A stretch of DNA of 64,000 bases from an uncultured Gammaproteobacteria bacterium (lineage in GTDB: Bacteria > Patescibacteriota > Microgenomatia > Levybacterales > UBA12049). The stretch spans positions 505,316 to 569,315 of the forward strand of contig OZ246394.1 in NCBI GenBank assembly GCA_965230895.1. Reading direction: 5' to 3'. Below the pieces are notes generated by a model. The model had not been told where the DNA came from, ran no database searches, and saw only the letters and a program-made list of their open reading frames with translations. Position numbers and translations under genes: made by a program. Within the stretch, counting starts at the first letter, position 1, and the number at the start of each line of letters is the position of its first letter. Positions 48,835 through 59,358 of this stretch are shown here, piece after piece.

Positions 48835-50139
48835 ATGCAAAACGGAAAACTCTCCAATATTAACGAGCAACTGAAGATCCATTATGTAGTACCTTCTGAA
48901 CTTCAAGCTTCTGAATATAATCCACGCAAGTGGGACGATACTGCCATAAAACATCTTCTTGAAAGTATAAAACGTTTCGGATTGGTTGATCCTATCATCG
49001 TCAATGGAGCAAAGCATCGATTCAATATTGTGATTGGAGGACATTTTAGGCTCAGGATTGCAAAAGATTTAGATTTTAAAACAGTACCCGTAGTGTACGT
49101 TAATATTCCTGATATTAAAAAGGAGCAAGAGTTAAACATTCGCCTCAACCGCAATACAGGAGAATGGGACTTAGAGCTATTGAAAGCGTTTGATATTGGC
49201 CTGCTTTTAGACGTTGGCTTTGATAATAGCGATCTCTCCAATATTTGGGACAATAATCTATCAATTGAAGATGATGAATTTGACATTGATAAAGCAATCG
49301 CAGATGTAAAAGAGCCAAAAACTAGGCTGGGTGACATTATTACTCTTGGTGAACACAGACTCATTTGTGGCGATAGTACAGACCCTGCTGTTGTTGCAAG
49401 GCTCATTGAGAATCATAAGATCAGCATGTTAAATTATGACCCTCCATATAACATAAATCTTAACTACAACAAAGGTGTCGGTGAAAAAGGAAACTATGGT
49501 AGTAAAAAAGTGAATGATAATAAGTCAGCTGATGACTACTGGACATTTCTCAAGAAAGTATTACAAAATGGACTCGCCTACGCATTACCAGATTGCCATG
49601 TCTTTTGCTTTTGCGATCAGTCATATATATGGATACTGCAAAAGCTTTATGCAGAGCTTGGAATAGGGACAAAACGTGTTTGCCTGTGGATCAAAAACAA
49701 TGCCAATATGACGCCACAGATTGCCTTTAATAAAGCATATGAACCTTGTGTATATGGCACAGTCGGTAATCCCTATTTATCCCCCATCCATAATCTCAAT
49801 GAGATACTTAACAAGGAAGTTGGGACGGGGAATCGTTTAACGGACGATATTATGGACATTTTTGACATCTGGCTTGCAAAACGTGTTGCAGGACAGAACT
49901 ACGAACACCCAACCCAGAAACCTCCTACATTATACGAAAAGGCAATTCGCCGCTGCTCAAAACCGGGTGATATTATCCTTGATCTCTTCGGCGGCTCAGG
50001 GAGTCAACTGGTAGCCGCTGAACAACTCAAACGCCGAGCTTTCTTATGCGAAATCGATCCTGTGTTTTGTGATGTCATTGTTGCTCGCTATCAGGAATTA
50101 ACAGGAAAGGAGGCTATTTATGCAGATTCAACCGAATGA
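48835..50139 (+). CDS. ParB-like + N4/N6 DNA methyltransferase (beta class)
   Basis: YNPRK..SIKRFGLVDPIIVN..GGHFR; HRLICGDST, DPPY, HPTQKP, DLFGGSG. Confidence 0.92.
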   Translation: MQNGKLSNINEQLKIHYVVPSELQASEYNPRKWDDTAIKHLLESIKRFGLVDPIIVNGAKHRFNIVIGGHFRLRIAKDLDFKTVPVVYVNIPDIKKEQELNIRLNRNTGEWDLELLKAFDIGLLLDVGFDNSDLSNIWDNNLSIEDDEFDIDKAIADVKEPKTRLGDIITLGEHRLICGDSTDPAVVARLIENHKISMLNYDPPYNINLNYNKGVGEKGNYGSKKVNDNKSADDYWTFLKKVLQNGLAYALPDCHVFCFCDQSYIWILQKLYAELGIGTKRVCLWIKNNANMTPQIAFNKAYEPCVYGTVGNPYLSPIHNLNEILNKEVGTGNRLTDDIMDIFDIWLAKRVAGQNYEHPTQKPPTLYEKAIRRCSKPGDIILDLFGGSGSQLVAAEQLKRRAFLCEIDPVFCDVIVARYQELTGKEAIYADSTE

Positions 50140-50872
50140 CATTTTTGTATTAGGTTCCCATTACTTAGCTTGTGGAGATGCGTTAGATCTAGAAGTTGTC
50201 AAAAGGCTTATTGGAGATCGAAGCATCTCCCTCATCCTGACTGATATGCCTTACGGGGTTGGCTATGTCGAAAATAAGGGTGATTTCAATCAGCTCAGCA
50301 AGTCAAAAGTAATTGCCAATGATCATGAACAGAGTGAGTCTGACTACAAGAAGTTTACACAAGTATGGCTAGAAATAGTAAAGCCTTATCTTGCTGAGAA
50401 AAACAGTTATTATCTTTTCAACTCCGACAAAATGATTTTTGCGATGAGAGAAGGTCTAAAAGACGCTGGATTTAAGTTTTCCCAGCTACTTGTTTGGATT
50501 AAGAATCATGCCGTTCTGGGACGGCTAAATTACCTACCGCAACATGAATTGATTGCCTATGGTTGGTTTGGCAAACATATATTTATGAAATCACAGGATA
50601 AAAGTGTACTGTTTTGCCCTAAACCAAATAAAAGCCCTCTTCATCCCACAATGAAACCTTTGAGCTTGATTCGGAATCTCATTCTCAACAGTTCTAGAAC
50701 TGAGGAATGGGTGTATGACCCATTTGGAGGCAGTGGTACAACTCTTATCGCATGTGAACAGACAAAACGAAAATGCTTAATGATTGAACTTGATCCTGAG
50801 TATTGCGAGGTCATTATTAAACGCTGGGAAAAAGTAACGAGACAAAAAGCTAGAAAATTGGAAAGGAGATAG
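50120..50872 (+). CDS. Second N4/N6 DNA methyltransferase
   Basis: LACGD, TDMPY, HPTMKP, DPFGGSGT. Confidence 0.9.
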   Translation: MQIQPNDIFVLGSHYLACGDALDLEVVKRLIGDRSISLILTDMPYGVGYVENKGDFNQLSKSKVIANDHEQSESDYKKFTQVWLEIVKPYLAEKNSYYLFNSDKMIFAMREGLKDAGFKFSQLLVWIKNHAVLGRLNYLPQHELIAYGWFGKHIFMKSQDKSVLFCPKPNKSPLHPTMKPLSLIRNLILNSSRTEEWVYDPFGGSGTTLIACEQTKRKCLMIELDPEYCEVIIKRWEKVTRQKARKLERR

Positions 50873-50873
50873 T

Positions 50874-51317
50874 ATGGATAATAAAGCATCAAAAACGATT
50901 CAAGACAGACAACAAAAAGAAAAAACACTTCTGATAGATCTGCTTAAAAAGACACCGATTATCCAAGTAGTGTGCGAGAAAGTTGGCATTGCACGAGCTA
51001 CATATTACCGATGGAAGCAAGAGGATGAAGAATTTGCACGACTTGCGGATGAAGCTCTTGTTGAAGGTAGTGGTTTGGTAAATGATATAGCTGAATCACA
51101 GTTTATGTCAGCAATTAAAAATCAAAACCTCACTGCGATCATTTTTTGGCTGAAACACCATCACCCAACATATGCTACCAAAGTTGAAGTAACCGCTCGG
51201 CTGAAAGCGGATAACGAAGTGTTAACTCCAGAGCAAGAAGCTCTGGTTACAAAAGCTTTGAAACTTGCCGCACTTCTTCCAAATAACACAATGGAAACGG
51301 AGGCCAAGCAGTCGTGA
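50874..51317 (+). CDS. Terminase small subunit-like HTH protein
   Basis: CEKVGIARATYYRW..D.EF; AIIFWLK; GTGA overlap with terL. Confidence 0.7.
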   Translation: MDNKASKTIQDRQQKEKTLLIDLLKKTPIIQVVCEKVGIARATYYRWKQEDEEFARLADEALVEGSGLVNDIAESQFMSAIKNQNLTAIIFWLKHHHPTYATKVEVTARLKADNEVLTPEQEALVTKALKLAALLPNNTMETEAKQS

Positions 51318-52801
51318 TAATACAGCAGTTAACTGATAATGAACTCGAACAAATTAAGAAAAAGCGCTCGGTTCGTCGGATGCTTGCGAAAAATAGTCAC
51401 TATTGGTTCTTCTCTATATACCTTGGTCATTACATAAAATATCCTTTCGCACCCTTTCATCAAGAAATGTTTCAGATGACGGAAGATTTGGGAAATCGTT
51501 TAACCGTACTGATTGCTTTCAGAGGATCAGGAAAGTCTACTATGATGACGCTCTCATATGTTATCTGGGCAATACTTGGTATCCAACAAAAGAAATTTGT
51601 CCTTATATTAAGCCAAACACAAGCACAAGCAAAGCTGCATATGGCAAATATTAAGCATGAACTTGAAAATAACGAACTATTAAAAGCAGATATTGGCCCA
51701 TTTGAAGAACTGAGTGATGAATGGGGCTCGACTACACTTGTGCTTTCAAAGTTTGGCGCACGAATTACCATCGCATCAACAGAACAAAGTATTCGCGGGA
51801 TGCGACATGGAGAACACCGACCTGATCTTGTCATTTGTGATGACGTAGAAGATTTGAATAGTGTCAAAACACGAGAAGGCCGAGATAAAACGTTTCAATG
51901 GCTGACGGGTGAAGTTCTCCCAATCGGAGATCAGAACACGAAAATCTTGATCATTGGTAACTTACTCCATGAAGATAGTCTCTTAATGCGACTTCGAGAA
52001 GGGATAGAAAAACAGAGACTGGAAGGAAAGTTCTTTGCGTATCCGCTTCTTAATATTGAAGATAAAATTGCTTGGCCTGATAAGTTTAAAACGATGCTGG
52101 ATATTGAAAGAGAAAAAGCCAAGATAGGTACGGATTCTGCATGGCACCGAGAATATCTTCTGAGAATTATTTCAGATGCAGATCGAGTTATTCATCCTGA
52201 ATGGATTCAGTACTATGATCGTATCCCATCAGAAACGGATAACGATTTTGAATACACAGCAACAGGTGTTGATCTTGCGATATCGCAGAAAGCGTCAGCA
52301 GATTATACAGCCATGGTAACTGCAAGTGTATTTGCTCAAAATGAAAAACTTCGTGTTTATATATTGCCAAATCCAGTCAATAAACGTATGGGGTTCCCAG
52401 AAACAGTGGAAGTTTCAGTCAACCTTGCAACTGCACTTCAAAGCAGATTATTTATTGAGGATGTCGGCTATCAAAGGTCCCTTATTCAATATTTAGAAAA
52501 TGGACGAAATGTGTCAGCGGAAGGAGTTAAACCAGGGGGACAAGATAAAAGAACAAGGCTTGCATTAGTAACGCACCTTATTCAACAAGGAAAGGTGCTT
52601 TTCCCCCACCATGGAGCAGAAGAACTCATTCAACAGCTAGTGGGCTTTGGCATTGAAAAACATGATGACTTAGCAGATGCATTCGCCATACTGTTACTGA
52701 AAATCATTGAAGAAGATAATAATCCTGCACCAATGGCTTATTTCTTCGACATGGGAGATTTTTATACTCAGGGAAGACATCCACTTTCAGGAGACTGGTA
52801 A
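51314..52801 (+). CDS. terL: Phage terminase large subunit
   Basis: Walker A FRGSGKST, Walker B ICDDVE, RNase H-like GVDLA...ADYTA...HDDLAD. Confidence 0.9.
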   Translation: MIIQQLTDNELEQIKKKRSVRRMLAKNSHYWFFSIYLGHYIKYPFAPFHQEMFQMTEDLGNRLTVLIAFRGSGKSTMMTLSYVIWAILGIQQKKFVLILSQTQAQAKLHMANIKHELENNELLKADIGPFEELSDEWGSTTLVLSKFGARITIASTEQSIRGMRHGEHRPDLVICDDVEDLNSVKTREGRDKTFQWLTGEVLPIGDQNTKILIIGNLLHEDSLLMRLREGIEKQRLEGKFFAYPLLNIEDKIAWPDKFKTMLDIEREKAKIGTDSAWHREYLLRIISDADRVIHPEWIQYYDRIPSETDNDFEYTATGVDLAISQKASADYTAMVTASVFAQNEKLRVYILPNPVNKRMGFPETVEVSVNLATALQSRLFIEDVGYQRSLIQYLENGRNVSAEGVKPGGQDKRTRLALVTHLIQQGKVLFPHHGAEELIQQLVGFGIEKHDDLADAFAILLLKIIEEDNNPAPMAYFFDMGDFYTQGRHPLSGDW

Positions 52802-52803
52802 AA

Positions 52804-53016
52804 TTAGAAAAGGTCGGCCATTTTAACTTTAAGGACTTTAGCAATCTTTTCTAATACTTCTATAGAGGCAGAATACCTCCCTTGCTCGATATATCCCATA
52901 TATGCTCTACTAATTCCAATTTTTTCGGCTACTTCTTCTTGCGTTAATCCCGTCGTTTTTCTTAGCTTTTGTATCCTTTTGCCAAGAGTTTTCGGTAACT
53001 TTGCATTCTTTCTCAT
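52804..53016 (-). CDS. XRE family HTH regulator
   Basis: LGKRIQKLRK..GLTQEEVAEKIGISRAYMGYIEQG. Confidence 0.9.
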   Translation of the reverse strand: MRKNAKLPKTLGKRIQKLRKTTGLTQEEVAEKIGISRAYMGYIEQGRYSASIEVLEKIAKVLKVKMADLF

Positions 53017-53145
53017 GCCTCAATTATCAGTCTATAACTGCAACATATCCACTTAGTAAGACTTAGCATTTAGCCTCAAATACTACTTGCTTTTACTCTA
53101 AGTTTCGCTTATCATTGTGGTAGAGGTTCGAAAGGAGGTGATTGT

Positions 53146-53577
53146 ATGAAGAAATTTCTTAAATGGGGCGGAATAGCGATTATTATTATCATTTTTATTG
53201 CTGCTTTTAGTGGTGGTGACAAATCTAGTACAAGTACGCAATCGTCTGGAACAGCTCAGGAAAAACAACAAACACCCACAGAAATAACAGCACAACAACT
53301 TGCTGATGATTTTGATAGTAATCAAGTTGCAGCGGAAGCGAAATGGAAAGATAAGCTTGTACAATTTAGTGCTACCATTTCAAATATAACGGATACAGGA
53401 CTTTCATTCTCAAATGTTGCATCCAAGCAATTTTCGACAGCACAGATAAGTTGTCGTGTGAATGACAAGCAACAGCTTTTATCACTCAAAAATGGTGAAA
53501 CAGTTACAGTCAAAGGAATTATTGGAAGCCAAACAATTGGTGTTATTGATATGAGTGACTGTGAAGTTGTGAAATAA
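53146..53577 (+). CDS. Exported OB-fold (tRNA_anti-like) protein
   Basis: TM, then ITAQQL..F..N.VAA..KWKDK..L..GETVTVKG; SD AAGGAGGTGA. Confidence 0.75.
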   Translation: MKKFLKWGGIAIIIIIFIAAFSGGDKSSTSTQSSGTAQEKQQTPTEITAQQLADDFDSNQVAAEAKWKDKLVQFSATISNITDTGLSFSNVASKQFSTAQISCRVNDKQQLLSLKNGETVTVKGIIGSQTIGVIDMSDCEVVK

Positions 53578-53589
53578 TCAGTATCTTTT

Positions 53590-53633
53590 AAAAACATTTC
53601 GGGTCAGAGTGTCTATCCTCCGAAATGTTTTTT
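53590..53633 (+). terminator. Intrinsic terminator
   Basis: aaaacatttcgg...ccgaaatgtttt plus T tract. Confidence 0.7.
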
Positions 53634-53673
53634 GTTAATTCAGAAAGCATCTCATATATAACCATTAAACATA

Positions 53674-53723
53674 TTGACAATCATCTACACATTGTAGTAG
53701 TATATCCCTGCTGGGGGGATATA
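53674..53723 (+). promoter_or_regulatory. csoR promoter with a BlaI-like box and a CsoR-like operator
   Basis: TTGACA at 53674; CATCTACA-CAT-TGTAGTAG (53682-53700); TATATCCC-N7-GGGATATA (53701-53723). Confidence 0.7.
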
Positions 53724-53995
53724 TGGCTTACCAACCGAAAGATCAACAAGAACGCATAGCTCATAGATTAAAGATAGCAAGAGGACACCTAGACAAGGTT
53801 ATTTCTATGGTGGAATCAGACGCATATTGTATCGATACGATGCACCAACTTCAGGCAGTTCAAAGCGGATTAAAAGAAACTGGAAATGTTATTCTTGAGA
53901 ACCACTTAAAGACTTGTGTCGCAGATGCTATTAATAAAGGAAATAAAGAAGAAACGATAAATGAAGTGATGCAAGTGTTTAAAAAAAGGGCTTAG
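53723..53995 (+). CDS. csoR: CsoR/RcnR metal-sensing repressor
   Basis: RLKIARGHL..YC.D..Q.....HLKTCV. Confidence 0.9.
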   Translation: MAYQPKDQQERIAHRLKIARGHLDKVISMVESDAYCIDTMHQLQAVQSGLKETGNVILENHLKTCVADAINKGNKEETINEVMQVFKKRA

Positions 53996-53997
53996 TT

Positions 53998-54789
53998 ATG
54001 ATTTTAAAATGGGCAGTTGCTGTCACTGTACTTACAATTATACTATTTGGCGGTTTTATGATAACTCAAATATCCAATACTAATTTAGATACGAAGCAAA
54101 ATATTTCAACGAAGAAAAAAGATGCTTTAGATTCTCTTATCATTTCACCACAATCACCTACCGATAAAGTAATGGTAAATAGTGCAACGTTATCTAAAAA
54201 AGGTTATATCGTTCTTCGAGAGATAGATGGAGAAAAGTTAAGTCAAGTAATAGAAATTAGCAAACCTTTAGATAAAGGTACACATGAAAATATATCAATA
54301 CCTGTAGGAAATGTCGATATTGTAAATAAAGAGCTTATTGTCATGGTATACGAAGACTATGCAAATGACGGTGTCTTTAACGATTTTGATCGACCTTCTC
54401 TCAATGAAGACGGTACGATGATAGCGAATTATATTAAAACTGGAAAATCAATTGCTTCCACAATTACAGAAGGTGACGGTTCAGAAATGATGGGACATAG
54501 CATGGCAGGTATGCAAAGTATGGTGAAAGTGAAATATACAGATAAAGGATTCATTCCAGAAAAGATTGAAGTTACAAAAGGTAGCATGGTTGAATTTGTA
54601 AACGAAAGTAATGCCAATATGTGGGTGGCATCATCACAACATCCTTCACATACAGATTTACCAACGTTTGACCAATTCAAACCAACAAAAAAAGGAAGTA
54701 TTTATCGATACGTTTTTGACAAAAAAGGCAAATGGATGTATCACGATCATATTAATGCAAGTTTAGGTGGAATAGTAACAGTTAATTAA
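53998..54789 (+). CDS. Exported protein with C-terminal cupredoxin-like domain
   Basis: TM, Met/His linker, F.PEKIEV.KG..HPSHT..YHDH. Confidence 0.75.
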   Translation: MILKWAVAVTVLTIILFGGFMITQISNTNLDTKQNISTKKKDALDSLIISPQSPTDKVMVNSATLSKKGYIVLREIDGEKLSQVIEISKPLDKGTHENISIPVGNVDIVNKELIVMVYEDYANDGVFNDFDRPSLNEDGTMIANYIKTGKSIASTITEGDGSEMMGHSMAGMQSMVKVKYTDKGFIPEKIEVTKGSMVEFVNESNANMWVASSQHPSHTDLPTFDQFKPTKKGSIYRYVFDKKGKWMYHDHINASLGGIVTVN

Positions 54790-54808
54790 AAGTAAAGGAG
54801 GTGAATAT

Positions 54809-55189
54809 ATGAAACAATCTATAATTTATGGAATAATTGGTTTAGTTGTAGGTGGGCTTTTAACCTATGCAATTACTGCTAATAAAACAGAAATGGCTAG
54901 TCAGCCAATTTCTAATACCGCTATGCAGCACGGTGGAGGAAGCAATGGAAGTATGAGTATGTCAGACATGATGGATAGTTTAGAAGGTAAAAAAGGTGAC
55001 GAGTTTGATAAAGCTTTTATCTCAAGCATGATTGAACATCATCAAGGTGCTATTGATATGGCTAAAGCAGCACAGTCGAGTTCAGATCGGCAAGAAATAA
55101 AAGACTTGGCTGACGATATCATTAAAGCTCAAACAACTGAGATTGAAATGATGACAAAATGGCAAAAAGAATGGGGATTTACCCAGTAA
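54809..55189 (+). CDS. DUF305 (CopM-like) protein
   Basis: FDKAFISSMIEHHQGAIDMA..Q..EI..M. Confidence 0.88.
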   Translation: MKQSIIYGIIGLVVGGLLTYAITANKTEMASQPISNTAMQHGGGSNGSMSMSDMMDSLEGKKGDEFDKAFISSMIEHHQGAIDMAKAAQSSSDRQEIKDLADDIIKAQTTEIEMMTKWQKEWGFTQ

Positions 55190-55244
55190 TCTTTTTAGGA
55201 GAGGTGCATATCTTGCGCTTCTTCCAAGGAGATAACACAAAATT

Positions 55245-55604
55245 ATGGAACTTGATAAAATTTTAGTAGTACTATTTACACTAGTAGGAATGGGCTTTAC
55301 TTATTGGTTTTTCCTGATGAAAAAAGAAGAGGTTGTTTCTGTTACAGATGCTGTAGATATTACAGTCGAAGGTGGATACTCACCTAATACTATCGCAATA
55401 CCAGTAAATAAAACTACACGAATTTCATTCACAAGAAAAGATCCATCAAGCTGTTTGGAAGAAGTCGTTCTAGGTGATTTTCGTATTAGAAAATATTTAC
55501 CCCTAAATAAAAAAATAACAGTTGAGGTTATACCAAAAAAGAAAGGCGAATTTGGTTTTGCCTGTGGAATGAATATGTTTCATGGGAAAATAATTGTAAA
55601 GTAA
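55245..55604 (+). CDS. Cupredoxin domain protein
   Basis: GGYSP..SSC..FACGMNMFHG. Confidence 0.88.
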   Translation: MELDKILVVLFTLVGMGFTYWFFLMKKEEVVSVTDAVDITVEGGYSPNTIAIPVNKTTRISFTRKDPSSCLEEVVLGDFRIRKYLPLNKKITVEVIPKKKGEFGFACGMNMFHGKIIVK

Positions 55605-55605
55605 T

Positions 55606-55959
55606 ATGATTCAGCTAGATAGTTTTGCACTTTTAATATTTGCTATTCAGGTTTTCCACTCTATTGAAGAGTTAACAACAGGATTTCACAAACGATGGTA
55701 CTTAACCAAACTCTCATTCAAAACGTTTTTAATATTTGAAATTTGTTTTACTCTTTTATGGGGATTGGTAATCTATATCCAAGATTTTCCATTGAGAGAT
55801 AGTTTACTATTATTTTTTATTGCTTTAATGTTCGCAAACGGAGTACAACATGTTGTATGGGCAGGAGCTGAAAAGAAATATGTACCCGGACTTGTTACAG
55901 GAGTCGTTCATATAATCGCATTTTTCTTATTTTATTTTCAATTAGTTAAGTTTGTATGA
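55606..55959 (+). CDS. HXXEE domain membrane protein
   Basis: HSIEE, N..QH, YVPGL. Confidence 0.8.
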   Translation: MIQLDSFALLIFAIQVFHSIEELTTGFHKRWYLTKLSFKTFLIFEICFTLLWGLVIYIQDFPLRDSLLLFFIALMFANGVQHVVWAGAEKKYVPGLVTGVVHIIAFFLFYFQLVKFV

Positions 55960-58178
55960 CAGAAATAAAAAAATCATTTCCAATAAAAGGTATGCATTGT
56001 GCATCTTGTGTCAGAGTTACAGAACGTGCTTTGAAGAAAACACCTGGTGTTAAAAATGCAGTTGTTAATTTAGCTACAACAAAAGCAACTGTTACATATG
56101 ATGAGAAAGACTGTACTCCTGAAAAACTTGCTGATTCAATTGCAAAGACAGGTTATACACTTGATCTTGAGGAGAAAAACGAAGAATTGAGAGAAGAAGA
56201 GAAGAAAAAAGTACTAGCGAGTCTCAAGGTAAAAGTTATAGCGAGTTTAACCTCTGGCGCATTACTCCTTTGGGGAAGTTTTCCAGGTCTCATGAATACA
56301 GCTCCAGCACTCTTACAAAATCCTTTCACGCAACTCCTACTTGCTATACCGATTCAATTTTGGGCAGGTCATGAGTTCTATAAAGCAACAATTCCTGCTT
56401 TAAAACATCGTACTGCAAACATGGATACGCTTGTTGCGCTCGGAACAACTGTTGCCTTTGCATATTCTGCCTTTGTAACATTCTTTCCTGAAGTAGTTAT
56501 GAACGTGGGACTTGATCACATGGCGTACTTTGATGTTTCTGTGATCGTCATTGGGCTTATTCTCTTAGGAAGATACTTTGAAGCACAAGCGAAATCAGGA
56601 ACATCCCAGGCAATTAAAAAACTTATCGGATTACAAGCAAAAACAGCACGAGTTATACGTGATGGAAAAGAGTTTGATGTACCATTTGACCAAGTGCTGA
56701 TTGGTGACATGCTTCGTGTGAGACCTGGAGAAAAAATTCCTGTTGATGGAACAGTCATTGATGGTGAATCAAGTATTGATCAGTCTGTTGTTACAGGCGA
56801 AAGTATACCTGTGGATGTCGCTAAAGGAGATACCGTAATAGGTGCAACGATCAATAAAACTGGTTCATTTACCTATAAAGCTATTAAAGTCGGATCAGAT
56901 ACTATGCTTGCGCAAATTATAAAACTTGTTGAAGAAGCGCAAGGCAGTAAAGCACCGATTCAAAAACTTGCAGATGTCGTCTCATCATACTTTGTACCAA
57001 TCGTAATAATGCTTGCGTTCTTAACCTTTGGCGTATGGTATATATTCGGACCTAATCCTGCATTTCTTTTTGCTCTTCTTAATACTGTTGCTGTTCTTAT
57101 CATTGCATGTCCTTGCGCAATGGGTCTGGCTACTCCAACAGCAATTATGGTTGGAACAGGAAAAGGTGCTGAACATGGGATACTGTTTAAAGAAGCATCA
57201 AGTTTGGAAATTGCCAACAAGATTAATGCAATTATATTTGATAAAACAGGGACACTTACAAAAGGTAAACCAGAAGTAACTGATGTTATTCCCGTCAGTA
57301 AGACAAAAAAAGAAGAGATTATACAACTTGCAGCTTCAATCGAAAAAGGATCAGAGCATTCACTAGCTGAGGCAATTGTAAAATGTGCTGAAATACAGAA
57401 AGTAAAAGTTGCCAGTGTTACAAAATTTAATGCAATTGCAGGACATGGTGTAGAAGGAATAGTTGGAAAGAGGAAAGTATTCTTTGGGAATAGACGATTA
57501 ATGGATAGAGAAAAAATTGTCTACAAGAATGTCTCAAAACAAATTGAAGATCTTGAGAATGAAGGCAAAACGGTTATGATTCTTGCAACTGAAGGAAAAC
57601 TTCTTGGACTCGTTGCGGTTGCAGATACTATTAAAGAAACTGCCGTAGAAGGAGTTGCTCAGCTTACAAAACGAGGAATTGAAGTTATTATGATTACTGG
57701 AGACAATGAACGTGCAGCAAAAGCTATTGCTTCACAACTTGGGATTAAGAAAGTATTAGCAGAAGTTCTACCAGACCAGAAAGAAGCTGAGGTGCGTAAA
57801 CTACAAGCTGAAGGCAAACAAGTAGCAATGGTGGGAGATGGTATCAATGATGCACCCGCTATTGCAGCAGCCGATATTGGAATTGCTATGGGGACAGGAA
57901 CAGATATTGCTATTGAAGCGGCTGATATAACTTTAATCAATAAAGATTTACGAAGTGTAGCATCAGCATTTGATCTATCAAAAAAGACAATGCGGACAAT
58001 AAAACTAAATCTCTTTTGGGCATTTGGTTATAATATAGTGCTGATTCCGGTTGCTATGGGTATTCTCTTCCCATTTGGAGGACCACTCCTTAACCCTATT
58101 TTCGCTTCAGTTGCTATGGCTAGTAGTTCAATATCTGTAGTTGCAAATTCGTTACTTTTAAAGCAAGTAAAAATTTGA
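55956..58178 (+). CDS. copA: Copper-translocating P1B-ATPase
   Basis: [29 protein letters not shown]..MAxSS. Confidence 0.96.
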   Translation: MTEIKKSFPIKGMHCASCVRVTERALKKTPGVKNAVVNLATTKATVTYDEKDCTPEKLADSIAKTGYTLDLEEKNEELREEEKKKVLASLKVKVIASLTSGALLLWGSFPGLMNTAPALLQNPFTQLLLAIPIQFWAGHEFYKATIPALKHRTANMDTLVALGTTVAFAYSAFVTFFPEVVMNVGLDHMAYFDVSVIVIGLILLGRYFEAQAKSGTSQAIKKLIGLQAKTARVIRDGKEFDVPFDQVLIGDMLRVRPGEKIPVDGTVIDGESSIDQSVVTGESIPVDVAKGDTVIGATINKTGSFTYKAIKVGSDTMLAQIIKLVEEAQGSKAPIQKLADVVSSYFVPIVIMLAFLTFGVWYIFGPNPAFLFALLNTVAVLIIACPCAMGLATPTAIMVGTGKGAEHGILFKEASSLEIANKINAIIFDKTGTLTKGKPEVTDVIPVSKTKKEEIIQLAASIEKGSEHSLAEAIVKCAEIQKVKVASVTKFNAIAGHGVEGIVGKRKVFFGNRRLMDREKIVYKNVSKQIEDLENEGKTVMILATEGKLLGLVAVADTIKETAVEGVAQLTKRGIEVIMITGDNERAAKAIASQLGIKKVLAEVLPDQKEAEVRKLQAEGKQVAMVGDGINDAPAIAAADIGIAMGTGTDIAIEAADITLINKDLRSVASAFDLSKKTMRTIKLNLFWAFGYNIVLIPVAMGILFPFGGPLLNPIFASVAMASSSISVVANSLLLKQVKI

Positions 58179-58195
58179 CTAGAACCTCATCTCTT

Positions 58196-58903
58196 ATGCA
58201 AAAGAAAAAAATATTAATTGGATTTATTTTTGTGATCTGTATTGTTATTGGTTCAATCTCATTATTTATATTCTCGTATACGCTAGAATCAAATTCAGAA
58301 AAGTATATTTTCAAGACAGGAAAAAGTCGAATTATCGTTGAGGATGCAAATACAAATAAAGAAATTACTTCAATTAGTCTTTCCTCTACGGAGGAAAACA
58401 TTACAGTAGAACTTTCCCCTCATGACATTCAAATGACACCAAGTAAAAAATATGTTTGGGTAACAGCAAGTGCCTCTCAGGATCAGTTAAGCGCACTTCA
58501 TAAAAATGCGAAAGAACACTTGCATCTGATGATGACAAGCGACCAAGTACTAGTAATTGATCTCAGTACAAATACTGTTAAAAAAAGATTACAAATGGGA
58601 AATAATATACATCTGAGTGATCTCGTCTTTACTCCAGATAATAAGTATACTTACATAGCAGCTGAAAAAGGAAATGCTATTTATAAAATTAATACTTCAA
58701 ATTATACAGTTGAACAAATGATACAACTTCCACCTGAAAGTTTACCTCATGAAATGGCCTTATCGGAAGATACTGAAAGTTTATATACCAGAAATTCTGC
58801 AGGAAGTAATATCTTCGTAATATCAACTAAAAATGATAAATTAATCTCTAAAATGAAAGCTAATGATGCATTAGTAAAATCGATTAATTGGTCAACGCAT
58901 TAA
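58196..58903 (+). CDS. YncE-like beta-propeller exported protein
   Basis: TM; repeated PH/TPD blade motifs. Confidence 0.65.
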   Translation: MQKKKILIGFIFVICIVIGSISLFIFSYTLESNSEKYIFKTGKSRIIVEDANTNKEITSISLSSTEENITVELSPHDIQMTPSKKYVWVTASASQDQLSALHKNAKEHLHLMMTSDQVLVIDLSTNTVKKRLQMGNNIHLSDLVFTPDNKYTYIAAEKGNAIYKINTSNYTVEQMIQLPPESLPHEMALSEDTESLYTRNSAGSNIFVISTKNDKLISKMKANDALVKSINWSTH

Positions 58904-58977
58904 ACAAGTATTTAGAATGATAAATAACTTTCTGGCGTTATTGTAAAACTTATAACATGTCTGTTATTATATGGACA

Positions 58978-59358
58978 ATGAAATCAGCTACCCTGGGAGA
59001 ATTAGAACAGAAAATCATGGATATACTCTGGGAGCATAAGAGTTGTTCTGGGAGATATGTATTGAAAATACTTGAAAAAGATAAGAAACTTGCCTATACA
59101 ACAGTAGCAACAATAATGCAGCGTCTATTTGATAAAGGTTTACTCACTAGAAAGGAAGATAAAAACGGATACTTATACTCACCAAAAGTTACAAAAGAAA
59201 AATACAGTAAAAGTATTGCACAAACATTTTTAAAGAAATTTATAAATTCTTATGGAGATACTGCTATCGCTTCTTTTGCTGAAAGCGTAGACAACTTGCC
59301 AGAAAAGAAACGACAATATTTTTTAGACATGCTTGAACAGTATGATAAACATAAATAA
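58978..59358 (+). CDS. BlaI/MecI/CopY family repressor
   Basis: LGELEQKIMDILW..LAYTTVATIMQRLFDKG. Confidence 0.92.
   Translation: MKSATLGELEQKIMDILWEHKSCSGRYVLKILEKDKKLAYTTVATIMQRLFDKGLLTRKEDKNGYLYSPKVTKEKYSKSIAQTFLKKFINSYGDTAIASFAESVDNLPEKKRQYFLDMLEQYDKHK

Noticed and set aside
48042-53577. Complete prophage
   Set aside because: No portal, capsid, tail, lysis or replication genes within the window.
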